64,000 nucleotides of DNA from a virus. Lineage: Duplodnaviria > Caudoviricetes. The DNA lies in IMG/VR virus record IMGVR_UViG_3300049859_000309, positions 4,257 through 68,256 of that record. One strand, 5' to 3'. Positions 24,249-33,299 of this stretch are shown piece after piece (the first letter of the stretch is position 1; every line of letters starts with the position of its first letter). Made by a program: the position numbers and the translations under genes. The notes under the pieces were generated by a model, which worked only from the letters and a program-made list of their open reading frames with translations, searched no databases and was not told where the DNA came from.

Positions 24249-27200
24249 ATGGCTGACAAGACTAACGTACAGAGTTACGACCAATTTTTAACCGATCTTT
24301 TAAGTGCGTATCAGGCAAAAACTGGCGTTAACGATAACTCTCAAGCCTCTTTAATAGTTTCTTTTTTCGAAGTCGTCGCTTTGACTGGCGGTCGAATATC
24401 TGGTGATATCTTTCAAATCTTGAGAGATCGATCTGTAGACCGAGCCGAAGGCGACGAACTAAGACGAATTGCTGCCGATGAAAAAGTTCGCGAAATACCA
24501 GCCCGAGTAGCCACGGGAACTGTAAAAATCACAGATACCTCTTTTAATAAAATCGCAACAAAGGTTTACGCTGGAACAAAAGCTCCTAATATCGGATCTA
24601 CTCAAATACCAATTTCTAACGCTACTAATTTTCCAGCAAGTGGATCTATTTATATAGGTCGCGGAACCGCTAACGTTGAAGGACCTCTTTCTTACACATC
24701 AATAACTCCAAGCGGCAGCTATTCAATTATTAATTTATCAGTTCCTACAAATAAATTTCACAACATAAATGAATCTGTAATTTTAGCTCAAGGCGGCGTC
24801 AGAACAATCCCTATCGGAACAGTCGTTAAGGCCCCTGCCTCTGGAGCAACCGAAGATATATCTTTTACAGTAAATCAATCTGCTGTTATTTTAGATGGCG
24901 AAGTTTCAGTATCTAACGTCTCTGTTGCTGCTCAAAAAGCTGGCATTTCAGGAAACGTTCCTTCTGGAGCGATTAAGGAAGTAAATGGGCTTTCTTTTGC
25001 AGCCGCCGTAACAAACGAAATAAAATTCTTTTCAGGGCGAGATATTGAAACTGACGAAGAGCTTAGAATTAGAATCAAGCGAGCAAGACTTTCAAAAGGA
25101 CTTGGTACTGATTTAGCTATTAAAAATTCAGTTATCGGAGCTACTCCGTCCGACGAGCAAACATCTATCGTAAGTTCTGAAATAGTTAGATCCGACAACC
25201 AAACCTTTTTGTACGTAGACGATAACACTGGATACGAACAAAAAACAGCTGGAGTAGGCTTAGAGTATTTAGTAGACTCTGCCCTTGGTGGAGAAAAAGT
25301 TTTTCAATTAGAAACTGGCGGAAGACAGTCTAGCGTCGTAAAAGCGTTTATTGCTTCTAATTTACTAAGCCCTTTTGACGTAAAAGGCTCTGATGCTTTG
25401 GCCATAACTGTAGGCGGAGTAACCACTGAACATGTTTTCAGTTCTTCTGATTTTACAGCCGAGGGAGCCGCGACGTCTTATGAAATCGTAGCATCTATTA
25501 ACGGAAACCCTGCTTTAGATTTTCAGGCCGCTACTACAGAAAATGGAACAAAATACAGAGTTTTTGCAAAATCGGAATCTAACGAAAATATACAAATTGC
25601 CTCTCCATCTACATCTGGAAGAGATGTTGCTGTTTTAACTGGAATGCCATCAAACGAATTTCAGACCATTAGGTTATTTAAAAACAAGCAGCCTCTTTCT
25701 AAAGACGGACAACTAGCTCAGTTGTTTTCAGAAAATCAAACCAATTGGTCAAACCTTATAGCTAACGGCGATACTATTACTGTGGCTGTGGATAACACGG
25801 CCCCAATCACATATACAATTCTTGATGCCGACTTTATTAACGAAGGAACCTATCCAAGCGTATCGGCAAATAACTCTTTAGAAAGCTGGATTAATGTATT
25901 AAACGCCAAAGTAACTGGAGCCACATTTTCCATTATTGGAGATCAAATAGCCGTATCTTCAAATCTTGATAGATCAAGCAGAGCTAAAATTGAAATCGAT
26001 CCATCATCAAGCCTAGTCACTAAAGGAATGTTTACAGCATCTCAAGGCCTTTTGATTTCTGGCAAAGATTCTGATTTTACTTTTTCCGTAAACACGGCTC
26101 AGATAACTCTTACGGAACCCTTGTCTGTCGGCGATGAATTGACAGTGGGATCTTTTGAAACCGAAGCCCGTCTTGAATCTGTTCAAATCTTAGGAGGAAG
26201 TCTTACTTTTTCTTCAGATGCTTATTTATGGTTTGTTATTGACGATCTTCTATCGGAAGCGATCAACACTGGACTAGCGACTAATTCTATTTTAAATGTT
26301 TCAAAGCCTTCTGCTAATATATTACGTTTTGATACTACCACAGCAAACGCTTTCAGTACTCTTCAGGTTGGCGACTATGTAATTGTTTGGAGTCCTCAGG
26401 TAAATGCAAGCAATAGACTAGAAGCTCGCGTAAACGCTGTAACAGCAACATCTTTTGATATCAAAATAACTCCTGCTGAATTTGCCTCTGCTGTGGCGGA
26501 AGCTGGTTTAGTTTATCAAGAAGGTATCAGCTTTTCTAGAACATCTTCAGTTCCGTTAAAATTAAAAATCGCATCTGGAACCAAAACATTAAGTGAAATT
26601 TCTACGGAGCTTACAGCTCAAACGAAAGCCCTTAGCTTTTCGGTCCTTTTAGATGAAAAATTAGTAATCAAAACTTCTACGCGAAGCGTCGGCGGATCTT
26701 TACAGTTTATCACAGCAAACCAATCAGCATCCGTTTTGGGTTTTTTGGCTGGATCTAAGGACGTATCAAAAGATTCTCTTGTAAGTTTTTATGAAACTGA
26801 TTTTACAGAAGGCTCGTTCCCACTATTTGCTCACTCGTCATACTCAGCAGGAACTTCGGCCAATCCTCCAGATTCTTTTATTTCTAGTGCCTCGTCGGTA
26901 TTAAATCTTAGCATTGCAGGCTTTGACCCTAATTTATCTATCGGTCAGCTTCAACCATTCGGTTCTATCTTGGACACCCTATCACCTAAAAGAATAACAA
27001 TAGCTAACTCTGTTGCTGGTTCTAACATAGGCTTAAAACAAGACTCGTTCATTAAACGATTAAGAGCTAGCGATCGATATTATGTGGCCAGTAATTTAGA
27101 TTTTGGTCACGGCGACAACCTTGTTATAGTTCTTGATGACGACACGACAAACAAAACGTTTGATGTTCCGTTGTTTAGAGAAGCTGTCACAAATACAACG

Positions 27201-30200
27201 TTAGCTGTTAACCCTACATCGTTTAATGCCTACGATGTTGACGGAGGGCCTACAAATCCTTTCAGCACTTTTTTTGGTACGGCTTTTAAGTTTGATAATT
27301 TCAAGGTTTTAATGCAGGCAAAAAATGTAATGGAGCAAAATTCATTGCAGGACGCCCTTTTGTTTAGAGCTGTTTCTTGGGGTCGCTCTGGAGAAAGAAT
27401 AAATGTTGGATACATATACCCAACAGTGCCAAACGCTAGCATCCAACACACCGCTGTAGCGGAAAAAGACTTATCTGTTAGACTTTCTTTGAAAAGCGGT
27501 GCCTCTGTTATTACAAACATAGACGGAACCACCGAATGGAACGTAACCATTACTCCAAACACTCCCGTTGCTGGAGTAGATCAGGTAACTTACACTTGGT
27601 CTGGAGTTGGCTCTAATCCAAACCTAGTTTCTTTAGTCGGCGGAGAGTATGTAAATATTAATGATCAGTCAGAGCTTTCTCTAGAAAACACTGGTGTTTT
27701 TAGAGTAAGTACTGAAATTGGTTTTTTGCCGACAGGTACAAGCTTTACGGTTGTTAGAAAAAACGGAGAAGCTTTAGCTGAAACTAATAAAGCCACCTTA
27801 TCCGCCTCTGCTCTTTCTTTCTATTTGGCTAGTGCTACCACTGTATCTGAAATTAACTCATACGTAAATTCTACAGCTGGATTAAATGGCGTAATTAGCT
27901 CGTCAATACTTAATGACGGCGGCATCTCTGGATCTGGAGTTATATCAAAAAGTACTCTTGAATATACTAATTTTTTAAACGATTCTATCTATTTGTTAGA
28001 CGGTATCAACTGGATATCTACTACAAACTTAGGAGCATCTCCACAATTTGTTTTAAAATCTCCACTATCTTTTCCCACAGCTACTGGATATGCTTTTAAT
28101 CAAGGAGAAGTCCTAAGATTAGTACCTACCAGTATCGAACAGGTGGCCAGATTTACAAACATTCTTTCCGTTACTGGACTTACCACTTTAGGCGAGATAT
28201 CGCTAGTCTCTAAAGACTCTAAATTAGAGATATCTACCAACACTGTTGGCGGTAGCGGTTCAGTTCAAATAGTTGGGGGTCAGGCAAACTCTGCGTCTGC
28301 AGTAGTTTCTGGAGCTTCGAACCTGTTTGAAAACCAGTACGTAAAAACAGAAATATCTTCCGCTGGTATTTTAGGTTTTCATAGTGATCAATATGTTAAA
28401 TTAACCGCTGCTAATAAGCAAAAGAAAAATTTAGGAATATCGTCGTCTTCCGTTATTAAATTAACCGCCAATTCTCCGTCTGCTGGAAAAAGCTTTGTTG
28501 AATTATTCAATAAGCAGTCCAATGAACGATTTTTTGGTAACCCTAGGCACCATGTCAGATCAGAAGGCCGAACATTTCGAGTAGAAAAACAAGGAAATCT
28601 TGTATGTATCTCTTGGGACGGAACAGCTTCAAGCCCAGCTTTTGCAAAAACAGCTCAATTTAATTCTTTGCTTGGCGGAACCTATAATATTGAAAAAATA
28701 TCAAACACTTCAAACGCAAGACTTAAGGTATTGACTGGAGACGCCAACTTTGCCGATCTTTCTATTGGAGATATTGTAACGTTTTCAAATATGGACGAGT
28801 CTGAAAACAATGGTGACTTTATTGTATTAGGAATATCTTCCGACGCTAAAGAAATTACATACATAAATCCTAATGCTATAAACGAATTGTCTTCTGGGGC
28901 GTATTTTTTAAATGATAATATTGAAATTCTTGGAGATACTTTTACTGTAGGCGGAATTTCCCTTGTAGAAGGCGTTGACTTTGTTGCTGGCTTTACCCTA
29001 AACGATACTGCTCAAAACTTATCGGCTGCAATATCAGCCCTTCCAAACGTTTCTTCTGAAGCGATTGGATCAATTGTTTTTGTATACGCAGATAATTTTG
29101 ACGCATCGATTGCTATCTCCTACACTCCGTCTGGATTGCCAGCTGCGACAGTCTCTTCTGCATCTTTGGTTGGAAATTCTTTTGTTGATGGAGACTTTTC
29201 TTCGGTCCTACAAGTTTCTGAAGGCGATACAGTAACGCTGTCGTCTCCCTTTAATGTGTTAAATCGTGGACAGTTTAAAGTTATTCGCAGATTTAACGAT
29301 TCGATATACATCGATAACGTAAATGCAGTAGAAGAAGACGTTTTATTACCAGCAAATACATTAAGCGGAATATACACTCTTGCAAGCTCTCGTTTCGACG
29401 TTACCAATAACGGTCGTTTTATGAAAGTTTCTTGGAACGGCGTTGGAGCTGAGCCATTTTTTGGAAACATAAAAGCTGGCACTGAAGTAACCATGAGTAC
29501 GGATTTTTCTTTTTTAAATTCTGGCACTTTCATGATTGCTAAAGCCGAAGCTAAAAAACAGCAGATAACAAAGCTTACGGCATCTCTTGCCGCTGACATA
29601 ACAACTGGTCAGTACTTTTTAATATATTCCGCAAACAATGCTTCTCAATACTACGTATGGTTTAACAAAGCAGGCGGCGGCGGAGATCCTATGGTTGTAG
29701 GATTTACTCCTATCCAAGTCAATATTGGATTAACCGACACAAAGCAGCAAGTAGCTGACGCAATGGCTGTAGCGATCGATGCTGTTTTAGACCTAGAGGC
29801 GGTTTCCGACAATGGCTTAGTTACTGTAACCACTACAGATTTTGGACCAGCGACTGACGCTGCCGATGTGAACGTTGGTGGAGATTTTTCTGCTGAAACA
29901 GTTCAATCTGGACAGCTAACTTTCTTTGAAGCCGTAAACCCATTATCAGCAAACGAATCAAACATAATCATAACAACAGCTACTAATTTTAGATTTCACC
30001 AACCTCAGATTTTGTTTTCTGAGTACGAAGCCACTGTTGCTGGCGACTTACTGCGAATATCCACTGACGTTTTGGGTACAGAAAACATAGGCTCTTTTGT
30101 GATCGAAGAAGTTTTGAGCGAAAACACTGCCGTTTTGTCATCTTTAGCTTCTACTACTGAAAAAATATCATTAGCGGCTAACGAGGCTTCGGTATTCGTT

Positions 30201-30809
30201 GAAGAAAAAAATCCATACGTCGGTTATAAAAAAATCAGATCTTCTAACCTAGACCCAGCCAATCCAGACAAGGCAAATTTAGTTTTTGACTCAAGATTTC
30301 AGTTTGAAAAAATAAATGAGTCTGCGAATATCTCTGTTTCTGGAATGTCTAAGCTAGGCTTTAGCACTTTAATTAAAAAGGGACTCGATAGCTACAGATA
30401 CCATACAGGGTTAATTGGAGAAGCAAACAGAATTGTCTATGGCGAACCTAGAGATTCAATTACTTATGCTGGGGTAGCCGCCTCAGGATCTGAAATCTAC
30501 ATCAGAGAGTCTTTAATCAGACGAGTTAAGGTATCTATCAGTGTCAGACTTGAAACTGGAATACCATACTCTCAAATCGTTGAGCAGGTTAGAACCAATG
30601 TATCTGCCCTTATTAATGGAAATCCACTAGGACAGTCAATTGCAATTAGCGATATCGTTTCTGCAGTAAATTCTATACAAGGAGTTAACGCCGTATCGAT
30701 AGCTTCTCCGCTTTACAATACTCTAAATGATACAATTAGAATTGGGCCTGAAGAAAAATCAAGAGTTTTAGATCTTGTTTCTGACATCCAAGTGAGTCAG
30801 GTAGGATAA
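24249..30809 (+). CDS. Giant baseplate-J (gp6-like) wedge protein, 2186 aa
   Basis: N-terminal J-like RAEGDELRRIA...ARVATGTVKI...GRDIETDEELRIRI; C-terminal J-like ALINGNPLGQSIAISDIVSAVNSIQGV; long beta-rich interior. Confidence 0.8.
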   Translation: MADKTNVQSYDQFLTDLLSAYQAKTGVNDNSQASLIVSFFEVVALTGGRISGDIFQILRDRSVDRAEGDELRRIAADEKVREIPARVATGTVKITDTSFNKIATKVYAGTKAPNIGSTQIPISNATNFPASGSIYIGRGTANVEGPLSYTSITPSGSYSIINLSVPTNKFHNINESVILAQGGVRTIPIGTVVKAPASGATEDISFTVNQSAVILDGEVSVSNVSVAAQKAGISGNVPSGAIKEVNGLSFAAAVTNEIKFFSGRDIETDEELRIRIKRARLSKGLGTDLAIKNSVIGATPSDEQTSIVSSEIVRSDNQTFLYVDDNTGYEQKTAGVGLEYLVDSALGGEKVFQLETGGRQSSVVKAFIASNLLSPFDVKGSDALAITVGGVTTEHVFSSSDFTAEGAATSYEIVASINGNPALDFQAATTENGTKYRVFAKSESNENIQIASPSTSGRDVAVLTGMPSNEFQTIRLFKNKQPLSKDGQLAQLFSENQTNWSNLIANGDTITVAVDNTAPITYTILDADFINEGTYPSVSANNSLESWINVLNAKVTGATFSIIGDQIAVSSNLDRSSRAKIEIDPSSSLVTKGMFTASQGLLISGKDSDFTFSVNTAQITLTEPLSVGDELTVGSFETEARLESVQILGGSLTFSSDAYLWFVIDDLLSEAINTGLATNSILNVSKPSANILRFDTTTANAFSTLQVGDYVIVWSPQVNASNRLEARVNAVTATSFDIKITPAEFASAVAEAGLVYQEGISFSRTSSVPLKLKIASGTKTLSEISTELTAQTKALSFSVLLDEKLVIKTSTRSVGGSLQFITANQSASVLGFLAGSKDVSKDSLVSFYETDFTEGSFPLFAHSSYSAGTSANPPDSFISSASSVLNLSIAGFDPNLSIGQLQPFGSILDTLSPKRITIANSVAGSNIGLKQDSFIKRLRASDRYYVASNLDFGHGDNLVIVLDDDTTNKTFDVPLFREAVTNTTLAVNPTSFNAYDVDGGPTNPFSTFFGTAFKFDNFKVLMQAKNVMEQNSLQDALLFRAVSWGRSGERINVGYIYPTVPNASIQHTAVAEKDLSVRLSLKSGASVITNIDGTTEWNVTITPNTPVAGVDQVTYTWSGVGSNPNLVSLVGGEYVNINDQSELSLENTGVFRVSTEIGFLPTGTSFTVVRKNGEALAETNKATLSASALSFYLASATTVSEINSYVNSTAGLNGVISSSILNDGGISGSGVISKSTLEYTNFLNDSIYLLDGINWISTTNLGASPQFVLKSPLSFPTATGYAFNQGEVLRLVPTSIEQVARFTNILSVTGLTTLGEISLVSKDSKLEISTNTVGGSGSVQIVGGQANSASAVVSGASNLFENQYVKTEISSAGILGFHSDQYVKLTAANKQKKNLGISSSSVIKLTANSPSAGKSFVELFNKQSNERFFGNPRHHVRSEGRTFRVEKQGNLVCISWDGTASSPAFAKTAQFNSLLGGTYNIEKISNTSNARLKVLTGDANFADLSIGDIVTFSNMDESENNGDFIVLGISSDAKEITYINPNAINELSSGAYFLNDNIEILGDTFTVGGISLVEGVDFVAGFTLNDTAQNLSAAISALPNVSSEAIGSIVFVYADNFDASIAISYTPSGLPAATVSSASLVGNSFVDGDFSSVLQVSEGDTVTLSSPFNVLNRGQFKVIRRFNDSIYIDNVNAVEEDVLLPANTLSGIYTLASSRFDVTNNGRFMKVSWNGVGAEPFFGNIKAGTEVTMSTDFSFLNSGTFMIAKAEAKKQQITKLTASLAADITTGQYFLIYSANNASQYYVWFNKAGGGGDPMVVGFTPIQVNIGLTDTKQQVADAMAVAIDAVLDLEAVSDNGLVTVTTTDFGPATDAADVNVGGDFSAETVQSGQLTFFEAVNPLSANESNIIITTATNFRFHQPQILFSEYEATVAGDLLRISTDVLGTENIGSFVIEEVLSENTAVLSSLASTTEKISLAANEASVFVEEKNPYVGYKKIRSSNLDPANPDKANLVFDSRFQFEKINESANISVSGMSKLGFSTLIKKGLDSYRYHTGLIGEANRIVYGEPRDSITYAGVAASGSEIYIRESLIRRVKVSISVRLETGIPYSQIVEQVRTNVSALINGNPLGQSIAISDIVSAVNSIQGVNAVSIASPLYNTLNDTIRIGPEEKSRVLDLVSDIQVSQVG

Positions 30810-30810
30810 T

Positions 30811-32418
30811 ATGGCTCGCAAAACAACGGTAGAATCAGAAATTAAAAGACTAAGATCTCTTTTGAATCCAGCAATTCGTGGTAAAAACACTAATATTATA
30901 TTGGAGACGTTGGCTTCTGGGTACAGCTCTACTCTTATAAATCAAGCTGAATTTATTCACGATCAAATGTATATCATCACGGCAACGGATCGATATCTTG
31001 AGCAAAGACTTTCTGATTACGGATTATCAAAACCAGAAAACGTTGGTCTTGACGATGAAATTTTTCGACAGGTTGGTATCTCTGTCATAAACACTAAACA
31101 GATTAGAGATTTGCTTCATGAAATTTTAGCAATCATGTTTGGAGATGAAGCCACAAAAGCTTTTGCGGTTAGTACTGAGTTTCAGCCTTTTTCGCTAGAA
31201 GATGGCGACGATCTTCAAGTTAAGTTTGACGGACAGGCCCCTGTAACTATAGTCTTGTCGGCTGATTCTTTTACTAATATCAATACCGCGTCGGCACAAG
31301 AAGTGGCTGACGCAATTACCAAAGAATTGAGAAAACAAGGGAACTCGGCAACAGCCGTTATTAGAGATGACGGAACGAATGTATATGTTGCGCTTATGAG
31401 TGGAACCGATGGCCCGTCTTCTACAGTATCTGTTGTCGGAGGCAAGGCTCAAAATATTTTAAAATTCCCTAAGTCTAGAAATACTACTCAAAACGCATCC
31501 ACTCAATGGACCATAGTTCAAGAAAATGGATTTTTGAAATTCACATGGTCTGGCGGAAGCGACCCTTCGGTTGGAAAAATAGCTGTTGGCGATTACGCTA
31601 ATATTTACGGAGCTAGTTTTTCTGATCCAAATAAAGGAGCTTTTGAAATAACTGAAGTCTTGGGCGGTGCTGTTAACAATGCTTATTTTAAAGTAAGCAA
31701 TCCTAACGGGGTCGATGAAATAGTTGTTCAGGGAACTGACGACGCTATTTTATTTTTCTATCCTGAGAAATTTAATTTAGCTAAAAAAACCAGATATGCG
31801 GCTGTTTTTCAAAGCGAAAAAAACCTATTACAGATTTTTTTACCAGCTACGACAAAAGTGGTTCGAAGAGAAAGGGCTGGAGCGGCTTATCTTAACGATA
31901 ACTATATCTCTGGAACTCCTGATACTCTTGGCCCTTATATTTACGACCCATCACAACCGTTTGCGATTACGGATGTTGGGACCACCTCGACTGGATCTAT
32001 CACTCCTTTGACTGACAGGGTAATAGAAGTAGCCGATTCGTCCTCGTTTCCAGATGAGTCTGGCTTATTAATTTTAGGTTACGGAACTTCTCATCAAGAA
32101 GGCCCAATCCCTTACATAGCAAGACCTTCGAACAATACGCTTCTTATAAGTCCCGCGTATACTGTACAAAAAAATCACCCAGCAGGAACGGATATCGCAC
32201 TAGTCAATAACGGTCCTGTGGTAATATCCCAAGATGGATCTGATTATCCTTTTTATATTACAGACGTTGTTTCTGGAAGAATTTATGCTCAAGAATTAAT
32301 TGAAATAGTAAAAGCGTCTGGAATTAATGTTGTGTATACGATTTTATATCCAAACGACATCGGGCTCGGAAAATACGGTACTGAAAATTCAGACAAAGTG
32401 ATTGTGTGGGGTGAATGA
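30811..32418 (+). CDS. Baseplate wedge protein (gpI/gp7-like, putative)
   Basis: Follows J-like gene; ATDRYLEQRLSDYGLSKP..DDEIFR N-terminus; LIEIVKASGINV C-terminus. Confidence 0.65.
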   Translation: MARKTTVESEIKRLRSLLNPAIRGKNTNIILETLASGYSSTLINQAEFIHDQMYIITATDRYLEQRLSDYGLSKPENVGLDDEIFRQVGISVINTKQIRDLLHEILAIMFGDEATKAFAVSTEFQPFSLEDGDDLQVKFDGQAPVTIVLSADSFTNINTASAQEVADAITKELRKQGNSATAVIRDDGTNVYVALMSGTDGPSSTVSVVGGKAQNILKFPKSRNTTQNASTQWTIVQENGFLKFTWSGGSDPSVGKIAVGDYANIYGASFSDPNKGAFEITEVLGGAVNNAYFKVSNPNGVDEIVVQGTDDAILFFYPEKFNLAKKTRYAAVFQSEKNLLQIFLPATTKVVRRERAGAAYLNDNYISGTPDTLGPYIYDPSQPFAITDVGTTSTGSITPLTDRVIEVADSSSFPDESGLLILGYGTSHQEGPIPYIARPSNNTLLISPAYTVQKNHPAGTDIALVNNGPVVISQDGSDYPFYITDVVSGRIYAQELIEIVKASGINVVYTILYPNDIGLGKYGTENSDKVIVWGE

Positions 32419-32831
32419 TGGTACTTAATGGCGCACTAGTAAGAATTTACATCAACGATCGCGAATACGGAACTGCTCAGCAAATTCAATACACAATTGA
32501 GTATGGAGAAAGCTCTATCTACGGAATAGACTCTGGATGGCCTCAAGAAATATCCTCATCTCGATGCGCTGTAGCTGGCTCGATATCAGGACTTAGAATG
32601 CAGGGATCTTTAGGCCCTCAAGGTTTTCAAGCCACTTCACTTTACCGAGACATTCAATCTGCGCCCTACATTAGCATAAGAATATCCGATAGAGTGTCTG
32701 GCGAAGACATTCTTACAATACCTTATGCTAAAATCAAAGCTGAGTCGACGACTATAGGTATTAAAAATACCGTAAAGACGAGTCTGTCTTTTGAGGGCTT
32801 AATGCCTATCCAGCCATTAGATAAAGCCTAG
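32415..32831 (+). CDS. Tail tube-like protein (putative)
   Basis: 138 aa; VRIYINDREYGTAQQIQYTIEYG..IYGID..PQEI...VAGSISGLR pattern typical of contractile tube folds. Confidence 0.6.
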   Translation: MMVLNGALVRIYINDREYGTAQQIQYTIEYGESSIYGIDSGWPQEISSSRCAVAGSISGLRMQGSLGPQGFQATSLYRDIQSAPYISIRISDRVSGEDILTIPYAKIKAESTTIGIKNTVKTSLSFEGLMPIQPLDKA

Positions 32832-32847
32832 TGTAAAAAATACACTA
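32829..32847. terminator. Hairpin between convergent genes
   Basis: TAGTGTA-AAAAA-TACACTA perfect 7-bp inverted repeat; AT-rich so weak. Confidence 0.4.
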
Positions 32848-33195
32848 CTCTTGAACATCTGGAGTTAGTCTTTTTCCTCTAGTTCTGTGATCGCAGGAAT
32901 CGCTATTGCACTCCCTGTAATACCAGTCCTCGCCAGCTTTAAAATATTTAACAAGTTTTAAGAAACCTGTACCACATTTGTGGCAGAGACGAGCCTTTGT
33001 TTTTGGCTTAGGAGCCTCTACAATTTTTAGGTCTTCTTCTCTAGGCCCCATATTGAGGATGCCTTCAAGCTTGTCGATCTGACGCCTAAGCTTGGCGACC
33101 TCTTTTTGAAGCATCTTGTTCTCATGAGCAAGCTCCCTAACTCTACTAAATTCTTTATCTTTTCGGTCAATGCGGCCTTTTTTACCCACTGTCAC
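32845..33195 (-). CDS. Coiled-coil protein with C-terminal Zn ribbon
   Basis: CHKCGTG...RECNSDSCDHR; has its own promoter. Confidence 0.7.
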   Translation of the reverse strand: MTVGKKGRIDRKDKEFSRVRELAHENKMLQKEVAKLRRQIDKLEGILNMGPREEDLKIVEAPKPKTKARLCHKCGTGFLKLVKYFKAGEDWYYRECNSDSCDHRTRGKRLTPDVQE

Positions 33196-33224
33196 CTCAT
33201 GTTGTATAATATCGATACTATACC

Positions 33225-33253
33225 AGTATAGACCTTATTTTGATAGGCGTCAA
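33225..33253 (-). promoter_or_regulatory. Sigma70 promoter TTGACG-N17-TATACT
   Basis: Near-consensus hexamers; an 18/20 palindrome (33204-33223) lies just downstream. Confidence 0.7.
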
Positions 33254-33258
33254 CACAC

Positions 33259-33266
33259 AATCTTAA
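33259..33266 (+). promoter_or_regulatory. Putative phage late promoter AATCTTAA
   Basis: Recurrent motif upstream of GAGGT RBS and ATG 33300. Confidence 0.55.
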
Positions 33267-33299
33267 TGATAGAACCATGAGTCATTTAAAGAGGTTAGA

